From Bacillota bacterium (lineage in GTDB: Bacteria; Bacillota; Negativicutes; JBAXTZ01), in NCBI GenBank assembly GCA_037129925.1, contig JBAXTZ010000004.1, forward strand, positions 21,444-85,443: DNA of 64,000 nucleotides. Direction: 5' to 3'. The position numbers and the translations under genes were made by a program. Shown piece by piece: positions 1-9,892 of this stretch; within the stretch, counting starts at the first letter, position 1; the number at the start of each line of letters is the position of its first letter. The notes beneath the pieces were generated by a model. That model searched no databases. It worked only from the letters and a program-made list of their open reading frames with translations, and was not told the origin of the DNA.

Positions 1-716
1 CCTTTTTCAATCCGCTGAGTGGTTTGGCAGTGCTGGCATTCTGGTGGTTTGTCAAATATCTCGTATTTGCTAATTTCATGGATTTTACTTTTTCGATATT
101 GCAACCGGTCGTTGACTTGTTTGCAACACCGTGGTTGGCAGGAACAATTTTTCTGCTCGACCGCTTTCTCTGGCAATTCGGCATTCATGGCTCAACACTT
201 ATCGGTGCATTGATGAGTCCACTGTGGGCGAAAATGAGCATCGACAACATCGCGTCGGTTTCCAGCGGCAGTCAGATTTTGCACATCTGCAGCAATGAAT
301 TTATCAACTATTATCCGCGTGTCAGCTTTTTGCCGGCAATCTTGGCGATGTACATTTTCGGCAAATCGCGACTGCGGACATTGGCAAAAGTTTCTTGGCC
401 AAGCGCATTATTCAACGTCGCCGAACCGATAATGTTCGGACTGCCGTTAGTCATGAATCCTTACTGTGTTTTACCCTGGTTGTTTGGCAGCCTGTTCTTA
501 TTTGTGCTAGATTATTTTGCCGTACTTTACAACTTTGCGCCTGCGCCGTTCCTGAATGTTCCCTGGACAACCCCTCACATATTTATGGCTTATCTTGGCA
601 CCGCCGGAAGTTTTCGCGCCTTGCTATTATCGCTACTAAACAATATAATTATGTTTATATTCTGGATTCCGGCAATTGTGTTATCAGTAAAACGGAATCA
701 AAAGGAGCAGTTATGA
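1..716 (+). CDS. PTS lactose/cellobiose-family EIIC permease, 3' portion (5' end cut by window edge)
   Basis: Open frame runs off the left edge. Contains the NVAEPIMFGLP-type EIIC motif and multiple TM helices. Stop at 714-716. Confidence 0.75.
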   Translation, partial: FFNPLSGLAVLAFWWFVKYLVFANFMDFTFSILQPVVDLFATPWLAGTIFLLDRFLWQFGIHGSTLIGALMSPLWAKMSIDNIASVSSGSQILHICSNEFINYYPRVSFLPAILAMYIFGKSRLRTLAKVSWPSALFNVAEPIMFGLPLVMNPYCVLPWLFGSLFLFVLDYFAVLYNFAPAPFLNVPWTTPHIFMAYLGTAGSFRALLLSLLNNIIMFIFWIPAIVLSVKRNQKEQL

Positions 717-1069
717 ATTATTATCGTTTAGCCTATAAAAAGTATGCCACGTTTACCGGCCGCGCCACTCGTGCTGAGTATTGGTATTTCCAGTTGGTTA
801 ATGCATTAATTGTTTTGGTGTTGTCGATTTTGGATCAAGCCAGCGGTTCGGCTGTGAGTTCGACGGTGCTAGTAGTCTATTGGCTGGCAACGCTGTTGCC
901 AAATCTAGGCGTAACCTTTCGACGATTGCACGACACCGGCCGCAGCGGGTGGTGGATATTTATCCACTGTATCCCTTTGGTTGGAGCGCTAATCATGCTC
1001 TATTTTTTAGTGCAAGACAGCTATCCGTCCGATAATCAATATGGTCAAAATCCAAAGTATAACTTGTAA
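713..1069 (+). CDS. DUF805 family small inner-membrane protein
   Basis: ATG at 713 preceded by AAGGAG. The N-terminus MNYYRLAYKKYATFTGRATRAEYW is a typical DUF805/YhaH signature and the protein has TM helices. The ATG overlaps the upstream stop codon. Confidence 0.7.
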   Translation: MNYYRLAYKKYATFTGRATRAEYWYFQLVNALIVLVLSILDQASGSAVSSTVLVVYWLATLLPNLGVTFRRLHDTGRSGWWIFIHCIPLVGALIMLYFLVQDSYPSDNQYGQNPKYNL

Positions 1070-1074
1070 TTTAT

Positions 1075-1120
1075 TCAAAAAGCACTGTGATACGCGTGGC
1101 TATCACAGTGCTTTTTTGTT
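1075..1120. terminator. Bidirectional rho-independent terminator between the DUF805 gene and gpsA
   Basis: 12-bp perfect stem agcactgtgata / tatcacagtgct with an 8-nt loop. Flanked by an A-run upstream and TTTTTT downstream. Confidence 0.65.
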
Positions 1121-1137
1121 TCGATATCCGTTATCGG

Positions 1138-2130
1138 TTATTCGGTTTCGGCTTTCATACCCCGTGCCATTAATTGTTGCAGCGCCGCAATCGGCTCGAC
1201 CTGCTCGTAAATTACTTGATGTGCGGCAATTACAATTGGCATTTCCACGTTATAGCGCTCCGCCAACCGTTTTGCCGCGAGCGTCGTTTTAATCCCTTCG
1301 GCAATCATTTGCAGTTTTTCGTTAATCTCATCGACGCTAAATCCCTGCGCCAGCATTCGTCCGGCACTAAAATTTCGACTGTTGATGCTGGTGCAGGTGA
1401 CTATCAAATCCCCCAACCCGGACAATCCGGAAAAAGTTTGTTTGTCCGCGCCTAATGCCGCGCCCATCCGAATCATTTCTGCCAAACCACGGGTGATAAA
1501 AGTCGCCCGCAGGTTATCTCCGAGCGCTAGCTGGCTGACAATTCCCGCACCGATTGCCATAACATTTTTTAACGCGCCGCCCAATTCGACGCCGACAATA
1601 TCGGTCGAGGTATATACTCGAAAATTATCCGCTACCAGCAATTGCTGCACCTGTTCACTGACAGACAGGACTTTTGCCGCGACTACCGCGGCCGCCGGCA
1701 ACCCCGCAGCGATTTCTTTGGCGATATTTGGACCGGAAAGAATTGCCAGCGGATTGTCCGGCAAAACTGCGGCAATTACTTCAGACATTCGTTGTAGCGT
1801 ATCCACCTCAATTCCCTTGATTGCCGAAACAATATTTGTAGCTGGCTGAACAAATTCTTTGATTTCTCGCAAAACCCCGCGTAAAGTATGTGAGGGTACG
1901 ACCAAAAAAACTACGTCAGCGGCTGAAACAGCAGCGCCAATATCCATAGTGTATTCAATGGCCGGGCAAAGCGCTTTGCCCGGCAAATAGCGCTCATTTA
2001 CGCCGGATTGTTGAAGTGCTGCCAACTGCTCAGCCCGCCGCACCCAGAGTTTTACGGAAAAGCCATTCCGGGCAATGAGGTCGGCAATAGTCGTCCCCCA
2101 ACTGCCGGCGCCAATAACTGTCACGTTCAT
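1138..2130 (-). CDS. gpsA: NAD(P)H-dependent glycerol-3-phosphate dehydrogenase
   Basis: 330 aa. N-terminal Rossmann motif VIGAGSWGT. Full-length similarity pattern to GpsA. Confidence 0.93.
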   Translation of the reverse strand: MNVTVIGAGSWGTTIADLIARNGFSVKLWVRRAEQLAALQQSGVNERYLPGKALCPAIEYTMDIGAAVSAADVVFLVVPSHTLRGVLREIKEFVQPATNIVSAIKGIEVDTLQRMSEVIAAVLPDNPLAILSGPNIAKEIAAGLPAAAVVAAKVLSVSEQVQQLLVADNFRVYTSTDIVGVELGGALKNVMAIGAGIVSQLALGDNLRATFITRGLAEMIRMGAALGADKQTFSGLSGLGDLIVTCTSINSRNFSAGRMLAQGFSVDEINEKLQMIAEGIKTTLAAKRLAERYNVEMPIVIAAHQVIYEQVEPIAALQQLMARGMKAETE

Positions 2131-2352
2131 AATTCACCTCGGAATATTTTATACATTTTTCTTAATTGGCTATCATGACGGTAGATGCCTGTGGATAATT
2201 ATACCACGCTAATATGTGATACCGACTTTTTTTACTCACTCTTTTGTAGCGGCCAACATTTTCGCAATTGTATAAATTTTGCAGTCAGCTCAGCAGGTTT
2301 TAGCGCTTCGATGTCGAATTAATAATTCTGAAATATTTTTATGAGGTGTGCC

Positions 2353-3516
2353 GTGAAAAAATCAATCTTGTTTTCTATGCTTATACTTGTTACTTTATTT
2401 TTATCTGCCCCGGTATCGGCTGCCATGGATTATACTGCTATCATCGAACGTGAATCACAATGGATTGCCAGCCTGCAACAACCATCCGGCGCCATCGTCA
2501 TGACCCGCAACCGGACCGTAACCTGGAACAATAATGAATACTACAAAATCGACCCCTACAACGCAAATTTGGCGGTCACCGGATTATTAACCAATCCATC
2601 GCCTGGTACAGTAGCTGTTGCCCGAAATTGGATAAACTGGTATCTGACACACTTAAACACCAATGATTACAATAAATTAAACGGCACCATATATACTTAT
2701 CTCGCTGACCCCAAAACCGGCGCGGAATATTCGACCAATACCTACGACGCTACCGACTCTTATGCCGCGACTTTTCTATCGCTGTTGAAAGTTTATGCAA
2801 AAGTCAGCAGAGATACCCAATATTTAGCCGCCAACCGCGCCACCATCGAAAGCATCGCCGGCGCGATGTTGGCAACGATGCAATCCGATGGCATGACCTA
2901 TGCCAAACCCGACAACCAAAAAAAATATCTTATGGATAATTGCGAGGTATTCTCAGGCTTAGCCGGAATTGCTTATCTCGAAAGTGAAGTGTTTAACGAC
3001 AACAAAAAGGCCCGGGGTTACAACAACCAACGGGATGCCGTGCAGAAGGCAATCGAAACAAGACTATGGAACAGCAATACGCAAAACTACGATCAAACAG
3101 CAGGAGTGCCTTCGAGCTGGCTGACTTTCTATCCGGATACCGTCAGTCAAATGTACCCGATCTGGAACGGTGTAATACCGGCAAACAGTCCGGTTGCAAA
3201 AAACCTTTACGGACAACTCTGTCTAAGTTTTCCCGGCTGGCCGTCGATTGACACCACCGATAATTTTGCCTGCGCGATGGTCAGCTATAGCGCCGCAATG
3301 ATCGGTGACCAAGTTAGTGTCGACATCTTTCTCGCGAACGTGCGCAACCGTTATATTGATCAAAATCACCCCTGGCCCTGGTACAACGCCGAAGCGGCTT
3401 TTGCAATCGGCGCCGCGGCAATGCACATCAGTCCGGCACCGCCTCCTGAAAACGAAGTTGTCCCGGCAGTTATGGTTGGTGCCGCCTTCCTGGCGTTCGG
3501 ACCGCGGCGGTGGTGA
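2353..3516 (+). CDS. Secreted hypothetical protein (possible alpha/alpha-toroid glycosidase-like fold)
   Basis: Signal peptide KKSILFSMLILVTLFLSAPVSAA (GTG start at 2353 after GAGGTG; alternative ATG at 2341). Rich in W/Y/N. I recognise no confident family. Confidence 0.5.
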   Translation: MKKSILFSMLILVTLFLSAPVSAAMDYTAIIERESQWIASLQQPSGAIVMTRNRTVTWNNNEYYKIDPYNANLAVTGLLTNPSPGTVAVARNWINWYLTHLNTNDYNKLNGTIYTYLADPKTGAEYSTNTYDATDSYAATFLSLLKVYAKVSRDTQYLAANRATIESIAGAMLATMQSDGMTYAKPDNQKKYLMDNCEVFSGLAGIAYLESEVFNDNKKARGYNNQRDAVQKAIETRLWNSNTQNYDQTAGVPSSWLTFYPDTVSQMYPIWNGVIPANSPVAKNLYGQLCLSFPGWPSIDTTDNFACAMVSYSAAMIGDQVSVDIFLANVRNRYIDQNHPWPWYNAEAAFAIGAAAMHISPAPPPENEVVPAVMVGAAFLAFGPRRW

Positions 3517-4790
3517 TGAATTTCGATTGCACAATAATTCCGCCATCACCAATAACCACTCAAACACCTCTGGAAATCCGTGCCGCTTGTTGTGCCAAAT
3601 CGTTTGCCAAATTTGTTATTAGCATTACGAACGGTACCCGTAACCAAATTCTTTTTGAAGGTAACGGAGAAAAATTTCTTGATTGGTCAAACGTTGCTTT
3701 GCGAATCAATACCTCTGAATGGAGAGGCGATAATACAATCATTCTTCAAGCCTTAGCTAGCGACAACCAGATTATTCAAGAGCAGCGTCGTAAGATACAA
3801 ATTGTTGAAAGTTTTTCTCGTTCGACCGGCAAACTCGATGGCGCATGGTGTGGACTGTATCATTGGAGTGAGTCCGAAGGCAAGTTATGGAACCCGGTTA
3901 TTAAACAGTTTACAACTGCTGATTGGCAGCAGTTAATCCGCGACATGCATGCTCTGGATATGAATGTAGTTGTCCTCCAAGAGCTGTTTCGCAATGAAGA
4001 GTATTTTGGCAAGCACGACATTCCAAATAGTGGCTATTCCGGCCGCGCTTTTTATCCCTCAGCGCTATATCCCGGTCGCATGGATATTGCTTGCAGTGAC
4101 CCAGTCGAAGCAATTATGACAGTCGCCGATGAACTTGGCATGCATGTTTTCCCGGGAATCGGAATGTATGCCTGGTTCGATTTCACACCCGGCTCGCTGG
4201 CGTGGCACAAGCAAGTGGCTAAGGAAATTTGGCAACGATACGGGCACCATTCATCATTTTATGGCTGGTATATTTCCGAAGAAGTATTCGGCGATTTGGA
4301 TTATGGCGCCAATACCAAGCATAACATCATCGAGTTCTTTCGCTCCTTCAAGCAGTTTAAGAACCAATTTTCCCCAGTCAAACCAGTACTGCTGGCACCA
4401 AACTGTTTTTATGTGCGCCGTGGTGAAGCTGCCTGGCGCGACCTTGCCAAGGAACTTGACATAATCTGTCCTTTTGCCTTTCACCGTATGGATGCCGAGG
4501 ATGACAGCCCGGAAGACACAATTGCATTGCTGCAAGACATTTGCGATCAAAGCGGAGCGCATCTGTGGTTAGATATGGAAAGTTTCTTGTTTAACCCGGA
4601 TATGTCGCTGTTTCCGCGTCCGGTAGCGGATATGATTTTAGAGCTACACCGTTTCAACACCTTTGAAAAAATTCTCTGTTACCAATTCCCCGGACTGATG
4701 AATTCGCCCACCGCACGGTTACAGCCCGGCGGTCCGGCTACGGTAGATAATTTTGTCAAATATCAGGAGTATGTCAAGAAAATTTATTGA
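3516..4790 (+). CDS. DUF4434-like putative glycoside hydrolase
   Basis: About 425 aa. Its start overlaps the upstream stop. Resembles the DUF4434 family of predicted TIM-barrel glycosidases. Start codon uncertain (GTG 3510 or ATG 3516). Confidence 0.5.
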   Translation: MNFDCTIIPPSPITTQTPLEIRAACCAKSFAKFVISITNGTRNQILFEGNGEKFLDWSNVALRINTSEWRGDNTIILQALASDNQIIQEQRRKIQIVESFSRSTGKLDGAWCGLYHWSESEGKLWNPVIKQFTTADWQQLIRDMHALDMNVVVLQELFRNEEYFGKHDIPNSGYSGRAFYPSALYPGRMDIACSDPVEAIMTVADELGMHVFPGIGMYAWFDFTPGSLAWHKQVAKEIWQRYGHHSSFYGWYISEEVFGDLDYGANTKHNIIEFFRSFKQFKNQFSPVKPVLLAPNCFYVRRGEAAWRDLAKELDIICPFAFHRMDAEDDSPEDTIALLQDICDQSGAHLWLDMESFLFNPDMSLFPRPVADMILELHRFNTFEKILCYQFPGLMNSPTARLQPGGPATVDNFVKYQEYVKKIY

Positions 4791-4829
4791 ATGTGTGTAA
4801 CCAACAAGCAGGACAATAAGGAGAATAGT

Positions 4830-6290
4830 ATGAGCCGCATAAAACTATTTGCGTTACTGACAACCATTATTTTCATTGCCAGCCTGTTTGCCGGTTGCGG
4901 CGGCAACTCGGCGGTAAAGAAAGATGATATGAAGGAACCGGTCGAATTGACCTACTATTTTTTATCTTATGGCGAAATCAAAGATTTGCCCTTGGTTGAA
5001 GCCAAAATCAATGAATACTTGAAACCCAAAATCAACGCTACTATCAAGTTGATGCCGATTGCCGATGCTGATTACAATCAAAAATTGACGACTATGGCCT
5101 CGGCTGGCGAACCAATGGATCTGGTGTTTACCAGTTTCTGGGCCTACCCGTTTATCAAAGCGGTAAATACCGGACAATTGCTGGCTTTAAACGAACTACT
5201 CGACCTGTACGGACCGGATGTCAAGAAAAATGAATATCCCGAATACTGGCCGGCGGTGACAGTTAACGGAAACATCTATGCTGTTCCAATCAATGGCGGT
5301 ATCGCCTACCAACAAGCTTATACTTTTAACAAAGTCTTAGTGGAAAAATATAACGTCGATTTGTCAGCCATAAAAACTTTTGAAGATCTCTACGCGGCAT
5401 TGGTAAAAGTAAAAAAACAGGCGCCAAACCTTAACGGCTTAGCCTGCAATTCAGCTTATGCACCGGCTGACGAAATCGATTATGTATTTGACCGTGATTT
5501 TCCGGCTGCGGTTAAAATCGACGATCCAACTTGCAAAGTGTATAACCAATTTAACGATCCGCGCGTTATCCAATTGTTGAAAATTTATCACGAGATGTAT
5601 AAGCTTGGTATTGTTCCGCGTGACAAAATTAATTCCGGCAACGTACAATTGTTTCGGCAAGGTAAGACTATGTGCGAAATCAATGTTTTTGGACCGGGCC
5701 TGGATGGCATAATGACCAGAACTTATGGCTTCGACACAATCTCTATCCCGGCTAACAGCCGTGGTGTTAAATCAACTTTTTCCGCTACTGGAAATATGTT
5801 GGCTATTTCGGCAACCAGCAAGCATCCGGAGCGAACGATGATGTTTTTGAACCTTTTGAATAGCGACCCTTATCTTTCTAATTTATGTGCGTACGGTATT
5901 GAAGGAATACACTGGAAAGCCGTCGGTACAGATCGCCTCGACTTCTTGCCGCAACATTTAAATTATAATATTTCGTTAGTCGGTAATCCGTTTATTGGTC
6001 GTTTGACACCCACCGACCCGGATAATCTTTGGGATATATTAAAAAAAGCTAACGCAGTAGCCACTAAATCACCAATCTTTGGTTTTTCCTTCAATCCTGA
6101 TCCTGTCAAAAATGAAATGTCGGCTATCCAAAATGTGAAGGATGAGTTTGTGCCGCATTTGTTTGTCGGCGAAGTTGACGTCGATTCAACCCTCGCCAAA
6201 ATGAACGAGAAATTTACTGCTTCAGGTTTAGACAAAGTGCTAAGCGAAATGCAAAGACAAATTGACGCCTGGAAGAAAACCCAAAAATAA
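4830..6290 (+). CDS. ABC transporter extracellular solute-binding lipoprotein (family 1, carbohydrate type), orphan
   Basis: ATG at 4830 after AAGGAGAA. Lipobox LFAGCGG. About 486 aa SBP_bac_1-like. No permease or ATPase genes adjacent. Confidence 0.75.
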   Translation: MSRIKLFALLTTIIFIASLFAGCGGNSAVKKDDMKEPVELTYYFLSYGEIKDLPLVEAKINEYLKPKINATIKLMPIADADYNQKLTTMASAGEPMDLVFTSFWAYPFIKAVNTGQLLALNELLDLYGPDVKKNEYPEYWPAVTVNGNIYAVPINGGIAYQQAYTFNKVLVEKYNVDLSAIKTFEDLYAALVKVKKQAPNLNGLACNSAYAPADEIDYVFDRDFPAAVKIDDPTCKVYNQFNDPRVIQLLKIYHEMYKLGIVPRDKINSGNVQLFRQGKTMCEINVFGPGLDGIMTRTYGFDTISIPANSRGVKSTFSATGNMLAISATSKHPERTMMFLNLLNSDPYLSNLCAYGIEGIHWKAVGTDRLDFLPQHLNYNISLVGNPFIGRLTPTDPDNLWDILKKANAVATKSPIFGFSFNPDPVKNEMSAIQNVKDEFVPHLFVGEVDVDSTLAKMNEKFTASGLDKVLSEMQRQIDAWKKTQK

Positions 6291-6365
6291 TAATTTTTTG
6301 CTTCGATAACTTGGGCAGGGAGATACGTCCTCAAGGCTGCCCAAGCTGACGGTGCCTTATTCGTC

Positions 6366-7030
6366 TTGGTTGTCGGCGACTTTACCGTTTTTGGCGAGAA
6401 AAAAGAATTTGTTCAACTCTTGACTGAGATTTACGCTCAAGTTCCCAATCTACCGGTATTCTCGGTGATTGGGAACCATGACCTCCTGAACATGGAAATG
6501 CCCGCGCCGGAATCCTACGCCGACAAGGTCTCGACGCCAGCCAAACGAAAAGCGGCCTACGCAAACTATATTCGCTATGTCGGACCGCCAAATTATGTTT
6601 TGGACTCACCCGAGTTGGGATTGAAAATCGTTTCCGCCGACAGTGCGACTTATGTCATCGATACCCCAACCTTGCATTGGGTCAAAGAACAATTATCCGA
6701 ACGTCAACGGAGTGCTTTTTTCGCCACACACATGCCACCGGAATGGGAAAATCGGGAATTTCCGTGGGTACCGGTAGCGCCGGAATGGTCGATGTTATTA
6801 AGGAAACTCAGCCGGACGGAGCGTTCTTTGGCCACATTCACACTTATGACACCAAACAGATATTCACGATTCCGGCTTTTATCGCCGGGGTTGCCGGCTG
6901 CACAAACATTGATTGGGATATTGGCGATCCCGGATTCGGCTATCTGATGTGTCATGTAGTAAACGGCGTACCAAGTTATTCACGCGTTGATTTGGTGACG
7001 AAAGCAGTATTCAAGTCGGCTAATTATTAG
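6366..7030 (+). pseudogene. Metallophosphoesterase paralog, N-terminally truncated and frameshifted
   Basis: Frame 3 (6366-6947) carries the GDF...GNHD phosphoesterase motifs. Reading continues in another frame (6677-7030) with the GHIHTYD motif and C-terminus. A frameshift lies near 6780-6800. No signal peptide or motif I upstream. Confidence 0.6.
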
Positions 7031-8042
7031 AATTAAGCTTAAACTCATCGTGAAGCTGAACGTTGTTACCATACAGCCAATATTCCGCCGCAGTTATGGT
7101 ATTGTTATCGTTAATTGTAATGATCATACAGCCCGGATGATTATCAGCACTCGCGACCGATGCTTGAGGAGATAGATCGGTAATTATTTTATCTGCATCT
7201 TTTGGATTGAATGATTCAAGCGTTCCCAAATCGCCAATAACCAGCTGCGGTATACCTTCCACGACCCCGCGACAGTATAAATGTTTATGCCCTGAAATAT
7301 ACGCCACTACGTTACCGGCGTTAACCAATGTTTTCCATAACTCATCTCTCAAACTCTGCTGCTGAAACATGTTCCAGTGATGCTTACTCTCCATATCATC
7401 CGGCGTATACATCGGACTGTGCCCAAATACAAACAGATACTTTTCATTTTTTCCGCTATTGACTTCAGTTTTTATCCAATCAATGTTTAGCGTCGGCATT
7501 CTATCCTTGCCGTTAACAAACTGGTCAGCCAATATAAATTTCGCTCCATTATGCACAAAACTATATGTCAAACCTTTCTCAGCCTCTGGCCCGGTCAGCG
7601 GCATTTTATTTGCGACAATATTCATATATGCATAATAACAATTTGGGTCGCGATTATCTTTTCCGTAATCATGATTACCACGGATAACATATAATGGAAT
7701 ATTATTTTCAGCCAATATTGCTACAGTTGCCATGTAATTGGCATATTGTTTGGAATACTTTTCATACACCGGCGACGTTGACTTGGTAAGTACACCAGTA
7801 ATTAAATCGCCAGTTTCAATTACAAAATCCGGTTTTTGACTTACGATAAATCTTAGAATCGGCGGCAACGCCGGCGTCACTCCGGTCAGCGTATTTACTT
7901 TCTCACAATCATGCGTATCACTAATCAAAGCAAAACTCCAACTTTTCGCATCACATTGCGGCATTGTAGCCAAGCTAATAACAACAAGAACCACCACTGC
8001 CAAAGCGGTTTGAAAAGCTTTGTTTCTTATCATTTTTACCAT
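7020..8042 (-). CDS. Secreted calcineurin-like metallophosphoesterase
   Basis: 340 aa. Signal peptide. Motifs SDTHD, GDLI, GNHD, GHSP, GHKH. Confidence 0.8.
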   Translation of the reverse strand: MVKMIRNKAFQTALAVVVLVVISLATMPQCDAKSWSFALISDTHDCEKVNTLTGVTPALPPILRFIVSQKPDFVIETGDLITGVLTKSTSPVYEKYSKQYANYMATVAILAENNIPLYVIRGNHDYGKDNRDPNCYYAYMNIVANKMPLTGPEAEKGLTYSFVHNGAKFILADQFVNGKDRMPTLNIDWIKTEVNSGKNEKYLFVFGHSPMYTPDDMESKHHWNMFQQQSLRDELWKTLVNAGNVVAYISGHKHLYCRGVVEGIPQLVIGDLGTLESFNPKDADKIITDLSPQASVASADNHPGCMIITINDNNTITAAEYWLYGNNVQLHDEFKLNSNN

Positions 8043-8142
8043 TCCCCTTTAGTACGATTTATGCAAAATTATTAGAAACATTATAACAGTAAGTTTGAAA
8101 ATAATGAATAGTTACTATTGGCTTTTTGGACCTGTCTATTCT

Positions 8143-8252
8143 GCCAATTATCACCCTGCTTGCTCCTGTGATGTGTCACTTGGTAAACGGTGCACCGAAC
8201 TATTCACATGTCAACATTCTTTCTAAAGAAATTTTTATGTCGGGTGTGTATT
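8143..8252 (+). pseudogene. Remnant of the C-terminus of another metallophosphoesterase paralog
   Basis: Translation ...APVMCHLVNGAPNYSHVNILSKEIFMSGVY* parallels the end of the 6366-7030 pseudogene (...GYLMCHVVNGVPSYSRVDLVTKAVFKSANY*). About 70 percent nucleotide identity over roughly 85 nt. No upstream ORF. Confidence 0.5.
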
Positions 8253-8254
8253 AA

Positions 8255-9802
8255 ATGAAAATCGTCTATCTTCCTCTTGATGAACGGCCCTGTAATTACG
8301 ACTACCCGCAACAAATTGCACAAATGAGCAGTTCGATCGAACTGCTGGCGCCGCCGCGCTCACTTTTGGGGCAAAAAAAAACGCCCGCCGATCGGGCTGG
8401 CTTAAAAGTTTGGTTACTGGAAAAAGCAGCGCACTGTGATGCTGTAATAATTGCCGCCGAGATGCTGCTATATGGCGGACTGGTGCCATCGCGGCTACAC
8501 GCTCAAGTTGAATCCCAATTGCTCGATTCGGTTGATTTCATAAACCAACTCAAACTCATCAATCCGGAACTCCGAATATATGTTGGTAGCTTGATCATGC
8601 GAACACCCTCATACAGCTCCAATGACGAAGAACCGCCCTACTACGAACAATACGGTGCCCATATTTTTCGTTACGGTTGGTTGTTAGACAAGAGTGATCG
8701 CGACGGTCTGTCAGCTGCCGAACACCAAGAAATGAATGACTTAAAACAATCTCTGCCTACTCTATCCATAGATGATTATGTTCAACGTCGCCAAAAAAAC
8801 ATTGTTGCGCTTACCGCGATAATCGGACTTGTCCAGCGCGGCGTAATTGAATTTATGGTAATTCCTCAGGACGACAGCGCGCTGTATGGCTACACCGCTA
8901 TCGATCAGCGTCACATCGTCAGCGCTATTGCAGAAAAACGTTTGCAGGGCAAAATCCACATTTATCCAGGTGCCGATGAACTAGGCTGTACATTGTTGGC
9001 GCGGGCGGCGCAAGTTGGCTGCGCGATTTATCCGTTCTATGCCGCTGGAAACGCCGAGAACATCGTTCCACTATTCGAGGATCGTCCGCTTGGTGAAAGT
9101 TTGCGTGCTCACTTGCTAGCAGCAGGATGTGAAGTGGTAAGCCACAGCGGGGAGGCCGATGCCGTACTTGCGATAAACGCACCAGGAAAGTTTATGCAAC
9201 AGGCTTATGAACAGGCTAAAAAAGATGTTTCTTATTCCAGTTATCGGAACTTGCGGCTGTTTATCGACAACATCCGCCGGTATCTTGATTGCGGCTATCC
9301 GTTGGCGATCGCCGATTGCGCTTTTGCCAATGGCGGTGACACTGAATTGATTGAAATGCTTGACGAAGCCCTACTGCTCGATAAAATATCAGCTTATGCC
9401 GGCTGGAACACCAACTGCAATACTCTGGGAACGGTAATTTGCGCATTATTGTTTGCCCGCCAGTCCGGCAATATTGATACAATAATCCACTTTAAACAGC
9501 TCCGTTTGATAGAGGACTGGCTATACCAAGCTCAGGTGCGCCAATCGTTATTGGACGATATTGCCTACCAAGCAAAACACGCTCCTTGCAACAACGAGCT
9601 ACAGCTAAAACTTAAACAAATTGAGTCCGGTATGGGCTTCCACGTTTTGTTTCCGCCTGATTTCGCAAAAATAGCAGCCACGCGGTTACTGCAGCGCTGG
9701 ATTAAGGCTATTCGTCACTCCTTTCATAATAAGCAAATTTCGAAAATCACCGTTAGTCACCCTTGGCAACGCGCATTTGAAATAAAACTTGATATTGAAT
9801 AA
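8255..9802 (+). CDS. DUF4127 family protein
   Basis: 515 aa. The N-terminus MKIVYLPLDERPCNYDYP is characteristic of DUF4127. Confidence 0.75.
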   Translation: MKIVYLPLDERPCNYDYPQQIAQMSSSIELLAPPRSLLGQKKTPADRAGLKVWLLEKAAHCDAVIIAAEMLLYGGLVPSRLHAQVESQLLDSVDFINQLKLINPELRIYVGSLIMRTPSYSSNDEEPPYYEQYGAHIFRYGWLLDKSDRDGLSAAEHQEMNDLKQSLPTLSIDDYVQRRQKNIVALTAIIGLVQRGVIEFMVIPQDDSALYGYTAIDQRHIVSAIAEKRLQGKIHIYPGADELGCTLLARAAQVGCAIYPFYAAGNAENIVPLFEDRPLGESLRAHLLAAGCEVVSHSGEADAVLAINAPGKFMQQAYEQAKKDVSYSSYRNLRLFIDNIRRYLDCGYPLAIADCAFANGGDTELIEMLDEALLLDKISAYAGWNTNCNTLGTVICALLFARQSGNIDTIIHFKQLRLIEDWLYQAQVRQSLLDDIAYQAKHAPCNNELQLKLKQIESGMGFHVLFPPDFAKIAATRLLQRWIKAIRHSFHNKQISKITVSHPWQRAFEIKLDIE

Positions 9803-9892
9803 AAAACCACCCTGCGAACCAAAAATTCACCGGGTGATTTTTCATCGACTACATTTTGTAGGTCAAGGCGATATTGAAATAGTAATAACTAC

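Noticed and set aside
1382-1849. Long antisense or alternative-frame ORFs inside well-supported genes. Examples are 1382-1849 in gpsA, 16041-16571 in aroB, 19769-20287 in aroA, 25712-26017 (Arg/His-rich) in nhaP, and 47531-48259 in the M20 gene.
   Set aside because: They overlap strongly supported genes on the opposite strand or frame. They have low-complexity or biased composition and no RBS. They are typical shadow ORFs.
6301-6345. Hairpin after the solute-binding-protein gene (cttgggcag ... ctgcccaag, 9-bp stem, 18-nt loop) as a terminator.
   Set aside because: No downstream U-tract and a large loop. It may be structural but is not a convincing intrinsic terminator.
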